Shown: positions 26,905-37,011, numbered from the stretch's first letter. The stretch is DNA of 38,361 nucleotides from Bacteroidota bacterium (GCA_004356305.1 SMXJ01000035.1:1-38361); one strand, 5' to 3'. Translations and numbers: made by a program. Notes: generated by a model from the letters alone, not told the origin.

Positions 26905-28218
26905 ATGGCGAGTTCCGTTTCAGGATTTTCAAAAAAAACCAAAGAGGAAAAAATACTTTGGTTGGTAGAAAACTACCTCAACAACGACCCTTCTGCTTTT
27001 GATATGTTGAAAAGGTATTGGAATCCGGATGTGAAACTCCAGAAACTCCACGACGATTTTATAGAAAATACCCTCACTAATTATTATCTGCCATTCGGGA
27101 TAGCGCCTAATTTTTTGATCAATGATACTCTCTTTGCTCTGCCTATGGTGGTTGAAGAAAGTTCTGTGGTGGCAGCAGCCAGTAATGCAGCAAAATTTTG
27201 GTTGGAGCGTGGTGGATTCAAGGCTGAAATTATCTCAACGGAAAAAAATGGACAGGTACATCTTAATTTCTTCGGAAATGAAAGTGACCTGACTACTTTT
27301 TTTACTGAAGTTAAACCGAAATTGATCGAAAGCATATCATCGCTCCAAAAAAACATGAAGGAACGAGGCGGTGGATTGTTGGATATACAACTCATAAACA
27401 GCACGGCAGCTCTTGAAGGATACTACCAAATACACTGTACTTTCGAAACCATGAATGCTATGGGTGCTAATTTCATCAATAGTTGTTTAGAAAACATTGC
27501 AAATACGTTTGAGACTGAGGCTGAAAGCTTTTCAGCATTTAAAAACACCGATCATTACCCGGAGGTTGTGTTGAGTATCCTTTCCAATTATGCGCCCAAC
27601 TGTCTGGCCCGGGCTGAAGTACATTGCAAGATCTCAGAATTAGATCAGTTGGCGATCGATGGAGCCACTTTTGCGCATAAATTTGTGAGGGCAGTTGAGA
27701 TCGCGCAAATAGAAATTCGTCGGGCGGTAACACATAACAAAGGGATCATGAATGGGATAGACGCGCTAGTACTTGCCACAGGAAACGACTTTAGGGCCGT
27801 GGAAGCCGGAGCACATGCTTATGCCGCGAAGGACGGCAATTACAAAAGCCTGACCCATGCGAAGGTCGAAGGAGACGAATTTTATTTTTGGATCGAAATA
27901 CCCTTGGCATTGGGAACAGTGGGAGGGCTAACTTCATTGCATCCTTTGGTGAAATTGGCGTTACGGATTTTGCAGAACCCAGGCGCAAAGGAGTTGATGC
28001 AAATTGTCGCTGTAGCAGGTTTGGCACAGAATTTCGCTGCCATTCGATCTTTGGTAACCACAGGGATCCAAAAGGGTCATATGAAAATGCATTTATTGAA
28101 TATATTGAACCAGCTTGAGGCCACTTCCGAAGAAAAAGAAAAAGCAGTGTTCCATTTCAAAGAAAATACGGTGTCCCATAGTGCTGTGGCTGTCTTTGTG
28201 AAGGAGCTGAGGAGTTGA
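26905..28218 (+). CDS. mvaA: Hydroxymethylglutaryl-CoA reductase, class II
   Basis: FIEN, PMVVEESSVVAA, NAMGANFIN, THNKGIMNGIDA..ATGNDFRAVEAG.H, GLAQN.AA, GIQKGHM; start moved to MASSV. Confidence 0.93.
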   Translation: MASSVSGFSKKTKEEKILWLVENYLNNDPSAFDMLKRYWNPDVKLQKLHDDFIENTLTNYYLPFGIAPNFLINDTLFALPMVVEESSVVAAASNAAKFWLERGGFKAEIISTEKNGQVHLNFFGNESDLTTFFTEVKPKLIESISSLQKNMKERGGGLLDIQLINSTAALEGYYQIHCTFETMNAMGANFINSCLENIANTFETEAESFSAFKNTDHYPEVVLSILSNYAPNCLARAEVHCKISELDQLAIDGATFAHKFVRAVEIAQIEIRRAVTHNKGIMNGIDALVLATGNDFRAVEAGAHAYAAKDGNYKSLTHAKVEGDEFYFWIEIPLALGTVGGLTSLHPLVKLALRILQNPGAKELMQIVAVAGLAQNFAAIRSLVTTGIQKGHMKMHLLNILNQLEATSEEKEKAVFHFKENTVSHSAVAVFVKELRS

Positions 28219-28220
28219 TC

Positions 28221-28269
28221 AGTTATTAGTGATAAGTGATAAATTATTATTGACTATTGATTATTGAAA
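28221..28269. repeat. Degenerate heptamer tandem tract (7 units)
   Basis: AGTTATT AGTGATA AGTGATA AATTATT ATTGACT ATTGATT ATTGAAA, immediately after the mvaA stop. Confidence 0.55.
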
Positions 28270-28316
28270 AATATAAAAATCAGGATCGTACCAACATCCA
28301 GGGCACATATAAAGAG

Positions 28317-29237
28317 TTGAAAAATACATTTTACAGCAACGGTAAATTATTGCTTACGGCAGAGTATGTGGTACTCGACGGAGCCGTCGCACTGGCTATT
28401 CCAACCCGGCTGGGTCAATCCTTATTCGTGGAAGCTGTTGAAGGAAAGGAAATAACCTGGGTAAGCCTGGATGAAAATAATGTTATCTGGTTCCAGGGAA
28501 ATTTTGATAGAATTAAGCTTGAGCCGATCGCTGTTGGTGACGGCGAACGGTATGATGAAATTGCGGTGCACCTGGCTAAGATCCTTCAAATCGCAAAGAC
28601 GATGAATCCCTCTTTTTTAGCCGAAGATCACGGCTGGAAAATAACCGCTAAACTTCAATTTCCCCGGAACTGGGGACTGGGTAGCTCCTCTACTTTAATC
28701 AATAATATTGCCCAGTGGGCCCAAGTGAACGCCTTCGATCTATCGAATAAAAGCTTTGGTGGGAGTGGTTACGATATCGCGGCCGCACAAAACGATAGCC
28801 CTGTCTTATTTTCAAGAAATGAAGAAAACCATAGGGTGGAAACGGTGCAATTGCCTTGGCAATTTACCGAAGAGTTATTCTTTGTACACCTCAATCAAAA
28901 ACAAGATAGCAAGGAAGCGATCACACATTATAGAAGGACCTACAAAAAGAACAAAGTACATTTGGATGCTTTTTCTGAAATCAGCAAAAAGGTCGCCTCT
29001 TGTAAAACACTTTCCGAATTTACATCGCTAATGTCCTCGCATGAGGAGCTTATTTCATCCATCATCGACATGCCAACCGTTAAAAAACGCCTATTTCCAG
29101 ACTATCCCGGATTGATCAAAAGCCTCGGGGCATGGGGTGGTGATTTTGTGTTAGTAGCAGGTAAAGAAGCAGACCAGAACTATTTCAGAAAAAAAGGATA
29201 CGGTACAATAATTCCTTTCACAAAAATGATGAAATAA
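28317..29237 (+). CDS. GYDIA-type GHMP kinase (mevalonate-pathway kinase candidate)
   Basis: SNGKLLLTAEY, PRNWGLGSSS (GHMP ATP loop), GSGYDIA, KSLGAWGGD. The TTG at 28317 is preferred because the upstream TTG at 28257 lies inside a heptamer tract. Confidence 0.85.
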   Translation: MKNTFYSNGKLLLTAEYVVLDGAVALAIPTRLGQSLFVEAVEGKEITWVSLDENNVIWFQGNFDRIKLEPIAVGDGERYDEIAVHLAKILQIAKTMNPSFLAEDHGWKITAKLQFPRNWGLGSSSTLINNIAQWAQVNAFDLSNKSFGGSGYDIAAAQNDSPVLFSRNEENHRVETVQLPWQFTEELFFVHLNQKQDSKEAITHYRRTYKKNKVHLDAFSEISKKVASCKTLSEFTSLMSSHEELISSIIDMPTVKKRLFPDYPGLIKSLGAWGGDFVLVAGKEADQNYFRKKGYGTIIPFTKMMK

Positions 29238-29296
29238 AAAAATCCCCCTTTGCTGAAAAGTCCGGGAGGATCATCAGATCAAGAATTCTCTATTTG

Positions 29297-31372
29297 CTAA
29301 TAGAAAGCGGCTCTATTATCTTCTATGTCCGCTACTTTTTTCAGTGCTTCATAGACACTGCTATTGATGGCTCCTGCTGCTCCGGTGAACTGGCTCACAT
29401 AAGCCTCGTAGTTATCCAGGACCGGGGCCTTATTGACCGCCAGGACCTGTACCATATAAACCCCATTTTCACCATCGATCAAATCGGTTAGTTCGCCAAC
29501 CGTTTTTCCAAATGCCGCTCCCACCACTTCGGGCTCTGTTCCCGCACCTGCTATGGTTGGATTAGACCTGGTCAATGCTAATGCCGATTTTACGACAACA
29601 TTTTGACTCGAGGCAACCTCTTCCAATATATTCCCGCTAACCGATTCACGGATCTTCAATGCTTTTTTCTTGTTTCTAAGGATAGGAATTACGATTGCCG
29701 AGGCTTCTGCAACACTCATCAGAGCTTTTTCAGAATTCTTCCGGGTTAATTGTGCTATAACATATGTATCGCCAACATTGAAACGTTTTACGTCACCTAC
29801 CTTAACATCTTCCTGAAAGGCCCAATTAATTATGGTGCGATTGTTACCGATACCCGGTAGCGTAGCATCCAGTTTACCGATTTTATTGACGGGTTTTGGA
29901 GTGAGCCCATTTTGATCAGCAACTTCATTATAATCACCGTCGCGAGCGGCTTCCTCAAATTTTGCCCCTCTGGAGAAAACATCGTTCCGTGTTTTTTCTG
30001 AAGGTTCGATCTCTAAGGTGACCGTGGCTACTTTAATGACTTTTTGCAAATTCTTTTGCCCCTCCACTTCAATAATATGATATCCAAACTGTGTTTCCAC
30101 AATTCCCATATCACCTGTTTTCTGTTCGAAGGTATAATCTCTGAATGCCACTACCATTTGACCGTAGGGATACCAATCATATCGACCCCCGTCTTCTTTA
30201 CTACCCTCATCCGAAGTAAATTTCGTCACTAAATCTTCAAATTTAGACCTGTCCGATCTTACAACCTTCAAGATACTATCTGCCGTAATTTTAGCCTGAT
30301 CTTTATTTCTGGTAATACTGTCTGTTTTGTTGAATCCAATAGGGATCAAAATATGTCTTGCCTTTACCGAATCGGGCATTTGTCTTACACCCACTACTCT
30401 GGATAAGTTGAAGGTATTGTCAACTTTATATGGACCATAAACATCGCCTTCAGAAAAAGTAAAAATGCTGTCTTTTATAGAGGCCGGAAGATTATTTTTG
30501 TAGAACCAACGATCTACAAAGCTGTTATCTGATTTATCGTTTACGTAAGACTCATAATCCTCTGATGTCTTGAACTCTTCCTTCATATTTTCAATATCCG
30601 TTCTTTTTGCTTCAATATCATCAATCGAAGCTTCTTCCAAATAAGAAACATATTGAATATCGACCATGGGATCTATTTCGAACCTGCTTGAATTGGTTTT
30701 GATGTAGGCAGTGATCTCTGCTTCAGATATAACGACATCTTCATCGGCAATCTTGGAATAGGGAATATGAACGTACTCAATATTGATCTTATCATTTTCA
30801 AAACGATATTGTTGCTCACCTTCCGCTAATGTAGAAACAAACCCTCCCCGTACCATGGCTAAATAATTATTTTGTACGATACTTTGCCTGGTTCTTTCTA
30901 AATAATCAATCCAATCTTGTTTTGCGCTTCTCGCTTGCGGGGTATTGGCGTCCAGGCTTCTTTCATATGCGATCAATTTAGCCTCACTATAATATCCATT
31001 TTCATCTTGAAACGTCGGGTCGTTTGCCAGAGCATTGCTCAAGGTTTCTTTTAGTTGGTCCTCACTAATTGTGATACCGAGTTCATCGACTTGCTGTTGC
31101 ATCAAAGTGTTTCTAAGTTCTCGCTGCCAAATCACACTCATGGCTTGAGCCGTAGTGGAATTGGGACCCAACGACCTTTGGTAAGCTTCTACCTGACCCA
31201 TGAAATCCTGACGGGAAAGGTCAGTACCATTTATAGTTGCTACGGTATCCAGAATACCCTGACCCCCTCCTCCTTTGGTAAGACTGTCACTCACGATGAA
31301 GGCAAAAAGTGCCAAAGCTATAATTATAACTAAAAAAATACCTTTTTTACGTATACTGTTTAATATTGCCAT
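29297..31372 (-). CDS. ppiD: PpiD-like membrane-anchored chaperone/parvulin peptidylprolyl isomerase
   Basis: MAILNSIRKK plus one TM, SurA-N-like region, and a rotamase domain (VKARHILI..GQMV..F..VETQFGYHII). Confidence 0.85.
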   Translation of the reverse strand: MAILNSIRKKGIFLVIIIALALFAFIVSDSLTKGGGGQGILDTVATINGTDLSRQDFMGQVEAYQRSLGPNSTTAQAMSVIWQRELRNTLMQQQVDELGITISEDQLKETLSNALANDPTFQDENGYYSEAKLIAYERSLDANTPQARSAKQDWIDYLERTRQSIVQNNYLAMVRGGFVSTLAEGEQQYRFENDKINIEYVHIPYSKIADEDVVISEAEITAYIKTNSSRFEIDPMVDIQYVSYLEEASIDDIEAKRTDIENMKEEFKTSEDYESYVNDKSDNSFVDRWFYKNNLPASIKDSIFTFSEGDVYGPYKVDNTFNLSRVVGVRQMPDSVKARHILIPIGFNKTDSITRNKDQAKITADSILKVVRSDRSKFEDLVTKFTSDEGSKEDGGRYDWYPYGQMVVAFRDYTFEQKTGDMGIVETQFGYHIIEVEGQKNLQKVIKVATVTLEIEPSEKTRNDVFSRGAKFEEAARDGDYNEVADQNGLTPKPVNKIGKLDATLPGIGNNRTIINWAFQEDVKVGDVKRFNVGDTYVIAQLTRKNSEKALMSVAEASAIVIPILRNKKKALKIRESVSGNILEEVASSQNVVVKSALALTRSNPTIAGAGTEPEVVGAAFGKTVGELTDLIDGENGVYMVQVLAVNKAPVLDNYEAYVSQFTGAAGAINSSVYEALKKVADIEDNRAAFY

Positions 31373-31498
31373 CTCTCATTGAAAAATTAATATTCCTTCA
31401 CGTACGCATTGACGGACGAGAAGGATTGAATTTGATCCCTTTCTTTCAAACAACTCGAACCGGAAGTTCAAAATCCTGAGATCATTTCTAATAGTGGG

Positions 31499-31506
31499 CG
31501 AAATTA
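31499..31506 (-). promoter_or_regulatory. Probable -7 box for ppiD, implying a ~120-nt leader
   Basis: Minus strand reads TAATTTCG (one mismatch to TAnnTTTG) followed by CCCAC. Confidence 0.45.
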
Positions 31507-31565
31507 CCATTTTCCTACCATTAATAAAAAGGTTATTCTTAAAAAATAGGGGATTTGCATAAAAA

Positions 31566-32858
31566 TTAATCCCGGTTATTCTTTTTAACTTCAACCAATT
31601 CGATTTTAGTCTTGGAAACCGATACAATTTTTAAGGTGTAACCCTCAATTTTCACGGTTTCATCTTGACGTGGGATCTCTTCAGTGAAATTTACGATCAT
31701 TCCACCAAGAGTCTCATAGGCGTCATTTTCTGGAAGGGCGAATTTGTAGGTTTCGTTCAAATAATCTACTTCCAGGCGCGCTGAGAACTGATAGTGATCT
31801 TTCCCTAATTCTATCTCGATAAGCGCCACCGAATCGTGTTCATCCTCTATCTCTCCAAAAAGTTCTTCGATAATATCCTCGACGGTAATAATACCCGATG
31901 TCCCGCCATACTCATCGACGACCACGGCTATACTTTTCCGTTTCTTACTCAGAACATTCAACACATCTTTTGCCAGCATGGTTTCAGGCACAAATACGAG
32001 GGGCATCAATATTTTCCTTAGCGATGTGGGTTTTTTAAACAATTCGAAGGAGCGTACATAGCCCAGGATATCATCGATGTTTTTGTTAAAGACCAATATT
32101 TTTGAAAGTCCGGTATCCGTAAATAATCTCCCAAGTTCCTTAGGTGTTGTGTGAATTTCCACCGCTACCACTTCTGTCCGTGGAATCATAACCTCCCGGG
32201 CTTTTACTTCGGAAAATTCCAATGCATTCTGAAAAATCTGTATCTCACTATCAATTTCGTCCTTTTCATCTATAGATTCGATCTGCTCGCTGATGTAATT
32301 TCCAAGTTCCACTTTACTAAAACTCAATTGCACTGCATCTCCTTCGGTCTTAAAAAATACTTTCAGCACCAGATCAGAGATCCAAATGACAAATTCAGAA
32401 ATAACAGAAAACAGCAAATAGAAGAAATAAGCCGGAACAGCGAAAAATTTTACTAGTTTGTTCGCGTAGATCTGAAAGAAAACCTTGGGTAAAAATTCTG
32501 CAGTTATAAGAATGATTATCGTAGAGATAACCGTATGTACGGCTATTCTAAAAAATCCTTCCAGGGGTAAATAATTCATCAGCAACGCCCCCATAAAAAA
32601 CCCATAAACCACCAGTGCAATATTATTTCCAACCAGCATCGTTGCGATAAATTTTGAAGGCCTTTTGGTGATTTTTTTCAGAATTCGCGCAAGAAAATTG
32701 TTTTGTTTTTTCTCTATCTCGATATGAATCTTATTCGCAGAAACATAAGCGATCTCCATTCCGGAAAAAAATGCGGAAAAGATGAGACAAAGTACGATTA
32801 TAAGTATTGTAAAATCCAAGGTAGCTGATGTTTCAAACGATAGGTCAATTGCGCCCAC
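31566..32858 (-). CDS. Hemolysin-family / CNNM-CorC (DUF21 + CBS + CorC) membrane protein
   Basis: SAFFSGMEIA, LVGNNI, AEFLPK, EVMIPRT, VVVDEYGGTSGIITVEDIIEE, YETLGG. The true start may be the TTG at 32819. Confidence 0.9.
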   Translation of the reverse strand: MGAIDLSFETSATLDFTILIIVLCLIFSAFFSGMEIAYVSANKIHIEIEKKQNNFLARILKKITKRPSKFIATMLVGNNIALVVYGFFMGALLMNYLPLEGFFRIAVHTVISTIIILITAEFLPKVFFQIYANKLVKFFAVPAYFFYLLFSVISEFVIWISDLVLKVFFKTEGDAVQLSFSKVELGNYISEQIESIDEKDEIDSEIQIFQNALEFSEVKAREVMIPRTEVVAVEIHTTPKELGRLFTDTGLSKILVFNKNIDDILGYVRSFELFKKPTSLRKILMPLVFVPETMLAKDVLNVLSKKRKSIAVVVDEYGGTSGIITVEDIIEELFGEIEDEHDSVALIEIELGKDHYQFSARLEVDYLNETYKFALPENDAYETLGGMIVNFTEEIPRQDETVKIEGYTLKIVSVSKTKIELVEVKKNNRD

Positions 32859-32893
32859 CCTTAAATGTACAAATTTGAAAGGAAACTATCTTA

Positions 32894-33094
32894 TTACTGA
32901 TTTCCTTTGTGTTTTTCAAATTTTTTTCTGAACCGGCGTTTAAAGAAATACATAAAGATGGCAAGTACACAGAAGAAGCTAAAAAGATAGGATTGCCCCC
33001 GGTCTGTTTCCCAATTTGTGATCACTATGTATATTGAGAAAACCGCCATAATTATGTAGGCGTATTCAAAAAGTTGGTAGATTTTATTGCCCAT
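32894..33094 (-). CDS. Small 2-TM hypothetical protein
   Basis: 66 aa with two hydrophobic helices and a basic tail (FFKRRFRKKFEK); overlaps the lptC end; co-oriented in the operon. Confidence 0.7.
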   Translation of the reverse strand: MGNKIYQLFEYAYIIMAVFSIYIVITNWETDRGQSYLFSFFCVLAIFMYFFKRRFRKKFEKHKGNQ

Positions 33095-33662
33095 CGGTGT
33101 TTTCGGGTTTGTTTTTGTCTAATATTTGTATTCCGTCATTTTTACGCGACAAAAATACGGTAAAATCTTCATTTGCATCGAATCCTTCCCCATCATTGTA
33201 AGATCCGTCGCTAAAAGTAATACGGTAGGGACGATCTGTGAATACCCATTGGTTTTTTTGATCCCAATACAATTGCTCGGCGCTAAGTGTATTTCCATCT
33301 GCGGTAATCAGGACCACGTTCTCTCTCAGGTCTACGATATTGGTTTCAGGATATCGCATGGCATAATCTGAAGTCACTGTGCTTTGTTTGCCATCTTTAT
33401 AAAAACGAACCTCCACCCCATCAGGAAATTCCTGATAGGCAAACTCAAAATTGGAATAGTCCAATAATTTCGGCGCCAGTAAGTTTGTTACTATCTTCCC
33501 CGAATCTGTATAGACCAGATTAATATTGATCCCTTCGGCCACGGGAAGGTCATCTTTCAAGTTTAATTTTTGAATGTTCTTATAATTGCCTTCACAAGCA
33601 AAAAGCGTGATGGTTACCAAAATAACCACCACGCTTTTCATCTTATGATTTAATGTTATCAT
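33084..33662 (-). CDS. lptC: LPS export ABC transporter periplasmic protein LptC
   Basis: Lipobox-like LFAC; YTDSG, EFPDG, DYA, LRENV, L.AEQLYWDQ..FTD beta-jellyroll pattern. Confidence 0.85.
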   Translation of the reverse strand: MITLNHKMKSVVVILVTITLFACEGNYKNIQKLNLKDDLPVAEGININLVYTDSGKIVTNLLAPKLLDYSNFEFAYQEFPDGVEVRFYKDGKQSTVTSDYAMRYPETNIVDLRENVVLITADGNTLSAEQLYWDQKNQWVFTDRPYRITFSDGSYNDGEGFDANEDFTVFLSRKNDGIQILDKNKPENTDGQ

Positions 33663-33663
33663 T

Positions 33664-35022
33664 TTATAAAGTTGGAACTCTTACACTTCCGCCTACCCAG
33701 CATTTAAATCTAACCGTTTTTCCGGCCATACTTGAGCTGAAGATATCCGTTTTGCTGGGAGCTCGCTGTCTGTAACTGCTTGCAGCTGCTCTTGCGGTAT
33801 ATGCGATGGAAGGTTCTACTCTTGCCGCTTTGTCGGCCAATTGGGCCGCCAACCAGTTGATAGCTCTTTTTTCAAATACGTTGCTTCCACAATTATTTGA
33901 ACTCTTGGCATACATCTGTGCGATCTTCAAATAGGCACGTCCGGAGTTAGGTTTGATCTCCAATACTTTTCTGTAATAAGTTCTCGCTTTTCCATAGATA
34001 CCTTTTTTCCGGAAATTTTCAGCAATACTGCTATAATAACCTACTTTTCTGTTTGGATCGCTCTCCAATTCCACAGCCTGGTTGTAATAATCCAGTGCTT
34101 CACTGCCTTTGCCGGCTTTATCCGCTAATCTGCCTAAATAGAATGCTGAGGCTGCAGACGGTTGTAACGAATGTAATTGTTGTACCATTTGATAGAACAA
34201 GGGAGTATCACAATCTTTAGCATTCAATTTACCCGCTGCACTCTTTAACCAACTAACATCATTCTTCTTCTCTTCAAACAATCTTTCGTACAAGGGGATC
34301 AAGTTTGTACAATCTGCGATTACACCCAACTTCGCATCCACACTACCTTTGATCTTTCCGTAACTTCCAAGATTTGTTTCGTATCCTTTTAATCGTTTCT
34401 TCTCCTTTGAAGAAAGCACAGTTCCTGCTTCTTCTTTATCGATAAGCTGAGATAATTTGCTGGCATATTTACGTTCTTCTTTATCGATCTTTTCCTGAAT
34501 CACATCATAAAGGTAGAATACCTCCAGGATATCTTTCTGACCTGCTTCGAATAAGTCCTTTGCTAAAGAGAAATAGGTGTACAAACTCTTAGGGCTTGTA
34601 AATGTTTCTTCATCCTTCTTATAAGCGGCATCAAAACCATCAAACTGCTCTTGCATGGTTCCTATTTTGTTGTCGTATTTTAATTGTGAGACTTTTGCCA
34701 TATTCTTACCAACTTTGGTCTTGGCCGGGAAATTAGTCAATTGAAGGTCAAAGTTCTTTTCATAATCTGCAACCCTGGACAAATCGCCTTTCTCTACAAA
34801 ATATTTGAACATTCTCTCGGCATATTGATAGGTAGCTATATTATATTTTGGACATTCACTTATCACTTTATTGTAATGAGGCAGTGCCGCTGCATAATTC
34901 TTTGCCTTAGCAGGTTCAATAAATAAAGAAGCTGTGGTGACACATTCGTCCATTTGTGCTAGTGCCTTTCCGCTAAAGGTAACGGCTAAAACAGCTAGTA
35001 ATAAAGTAACTTTCGTTTTCAT
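33664..35022 (-). CDS. Exported tetratricopeptide-repeat protein
   Basis: Signal peptide MKTKVTLL..ALA-Q; TPR-like helices (ALDYYNQAVELE, ARTYYRKVLEIKPNSGRAYL); C-terminal CWVG. Confidence 0.8.
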   Translation of the reverse strand: MKTKVTLLLAVLAVTFSGKALAQMDECVTTASLFIEPAKAKNYAAALPHYNKVISECPKYNIATYQYAERMFKYFVEKGDLSRVADYEKNFDLQLTNFPAKTKVGKNMAKVSQLKYDNKIGTMQEQFDGFDAAYKKDEETFTSPKSLYTYFSLAKDLFEAGQKDILEVFYLYDVIQEKIDKEERKYASKLSQLIDKEEAGTVLSSKEKKRLKGYETNLGSYGKIKGSVDAKLGVIADCTNLIPLYERLFEEKKNDVSWLKSAAGKLNAKDCDTPLFYQMVQQLHSLQPSAASAFYLGRLADKAGKGSEALDYYNQAVELESDPNRKVGYYSSIAENFRKKGIYGKARTYYRKVLEIKPNSGRAYLKIAQMYAKSSNNCGSNVFEKRAINWLAAQLADKAARVEPSIAYTARAAASSYRQRAPSKTDIFSSSMAGKTVRFKCWVGGSVRVPTL

Positions 35023-35041
35023 CGTGCTAGTTTTTATTCTA

Positions 35042-36283
35042 TTAATCATAATATCTTTTTTCAAACCATCTGTCATTGAGTGACAAACTTATGAAAGTAT
35101 TAAAAAAAGTTTCTTTAACCAATCCGGCATTTGTTGTTCCTCTTCTTCCGAGTTCAAAACTAAGGTTGATATTTGAGAACAATCTACCTACCGGCAATCC
35201 TACTCCAAAAGATATGCCAAACTCATTGATCGCTTCGCCATTGATGACTATACCTGTTTCTTCAAAACGGAAACCTCCGCGATAAACCACTCGCTTCCAA
35301 AAACTTCCAAGGCTATTGTAATTAGGAATATAAAAACCTCCTATTTTGAATTTATTCCCATCCACGAACGAAACATTTTCCAAATCAAAAGTCCGATTGG
35401 TAAAATTACTTGTTTTTTGCGAAGTAAACTCACCTCCAACGAACCATTTTTTTGGTTTCCCGATTCCGCCACCCAGAGATATCTGTGATGGAAATGTAAA
35501 GTCTGTGTCCATTACATCAATATCTCTACTATCAATGGGTGTTACCGTACCGGATGGAAGTGTGAGCGTAGTTTCGAGAACTCTAGTATTTTCTGATTTA
35601 AACTGAGTTTCGGGAGTAAAAACGACGGACGATATTAATTCGAGGCCCTCAGAGATCATGGTTTTATAGATAGCCCCAAAATTGTAACTAAACCCTGCAA
35701 GGTTGGATACGTTCGTTTCCCTGGTGCCAAACTGCACACCTTCTTGTTCAGTTGAGGCTATATTTTCGATATTTCCAAAATTATAATTAGCATCTACGCC
35801 CATACTAAAATGGGGTGTTATTTGATAAGCAAGCTGAAAAAATGCTTTATTCAAACCACCCGTACCCTCGTATCGGGTGACGCTGTCTTCATTCTCATTT
35901 TGCAATTTATAACCTGAAGACGTATAGGGGATCAATCCAAAACTAGCTCCAAATTTACCCATGGGAATACCTAAAGCCAGATAATCCAATGAAGTGGTAG
36001 TGGCATTCTGCGATTCACTTGATGTTGATAGGGTGTTGAACTGATGACTGCCGGCCAGAGAATAGGTCACCAGTTGCAGTCCGGCGACCGCTGCCGGGTT
36101 CTGAATATTCAAGTGGATACTATCGCTATAAACACCTATTCCGCCCATCGCTCTATTCTCTATTGTCCCTTTGAACTTGAGGGTACCGATACCAAAAAAA
36201 GAATAGGGAGATGTGGTTCCCTGTTGGGCCATAGCCAACCCGGTTATCAACAGCATGAATGCAATAAAAACTCGCTTCAACAT
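35042..36283 (-). CDS. Outer-membrane beta-barrel protein (FadL/TodX-like)
   Basis: Signal peptide; SPYSFFGIG..RAMGG..NPA N-terminal hatch-like motif; alternating amphipathic beta-strands. Confidence 0.7.
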   Translation of the reverse strand: MLKRVFIAFMLLITGLAMAQQGTTSPYSFFGIGTLKFKGTIENRAMGGIGVYSDSIHLNIQNPAAVAGLQLVTYSLAGSHQFNTLSTSSESQNATTTSLDYLALGIPMGKFGASFGLIPYTSSGYKLQNENEDSVTRYEGTGGLNKAFFQLAYQITPHFSMGVDANYNFGNIENIASTEQEGVQFGTRETNVSNLAGFSYNFGAIYKTMISEGLELISSVVFTPETQFKSENTRVLETTLTLPSGTVTPIDSRDIDVMDTDFTFPSQISLGGGIGKPKKWFVGGEFTSQKTSNFTNRTFDLENVSFVDGNKFKIGGFYIPNYNSLGSFWKRVVYRGGFRFEETGIVINGEAINEFGISFGVGLPVGRLFSNINLSFELGRRGTTNAGLVKETFFNTFISLSLNDRWFEKRYYD

Positions 36284-37011
36284 CTATCCTTGTTAATTTC
36301 TAAAATGTAGTTCAATCCCTCTAACAAAAAATTGGAGTTGGCAAAGGTGTCATTTTTTATGCTATCTCGCAAAAAATGAGCGTCTCCTCCTGTTAAAATC
36401 ACTGTTAAATTGGAAAAGTTTTTTTTATACTCATCAACAAACCCGTTCAATTCATTTATAACACCTTGTATAACGCCAATATGCATGGAGTTATTTGTGG
36501 AATCACCTACGCGGTTTTTAAGGATCTCAGGTTTCAGAAGGGGAAGGTTGGAGGTAAAGGTATGCATTGCTTTATAACGCATTTCTATACCCGGTGAAAT
36601 CGCCCCTCCCAAGTAGTTATTTTCGGCCGACAAAAAATCATAGGTGATACAACTTCCCGCATCGATGATGAGCACATTCTTTTCAGGGAACTGTGATGCG
36701 GCGGCACTTACCAGTGAGATTCGATCCATTCCCAGGGTTTCCGGTGTGGCATATTGATTTCTGAAAGGTAACTTTGCTTCGCGGGAAAGTATAAACACCG
36801 GAGCGACATTTTTCACCGCTAAAATTTCGGCATCAGTAACCTCCCCTACGGCAGAAATAATGCAATGATCGATCTTCGGATACTCTTTAGAGATTTCATT
36901 CAAAGAGTTTATAAAGTCCTTTTTAGGCAAAGATCTCTTATGCTGAATTTCGCTCCCCGAAAATACGGCAAGTTTAATGAAGGTATTCCCTACGTCTATT
37001 ATTAAATTCAT
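36277..37011 (-). CDS. coaX: Type III pantothenate kinase
   Basis: IIDVGNT, LGMDR, IIDAGSCITYD, GGAISPG, ILTGGDA, LEGL. Confidence 0.95.
   Translation of the reverse strand: MNLIIDVGNTFIKLAVFSGSEIQHKRSLPKKDFINSLNEISKEYPKIDHCIISAVGEVTDAEILAVKNVAPVFILSREAKLPFRNQYATPETLGMDRISLVSAAASQFPEKNVLIIDAGSCITYDFLSAENNYLGGAISPGIEMRYKAMHTFTSNLPLLKPEILKNRVGDSTNNSMHIGVIQGVINELNGFVDEYKKNFSNLTVILTGGDAHFLRDSIKNDTFANSNFLLEGLNYILEINKDRC

Noticed and set aside
31376-31627. 83-aa ORF between the CNNM gene and ppiD
   Set aside because: It overlaps the CNNM end out of frame, spans a probable promoter and has no recognisable features.
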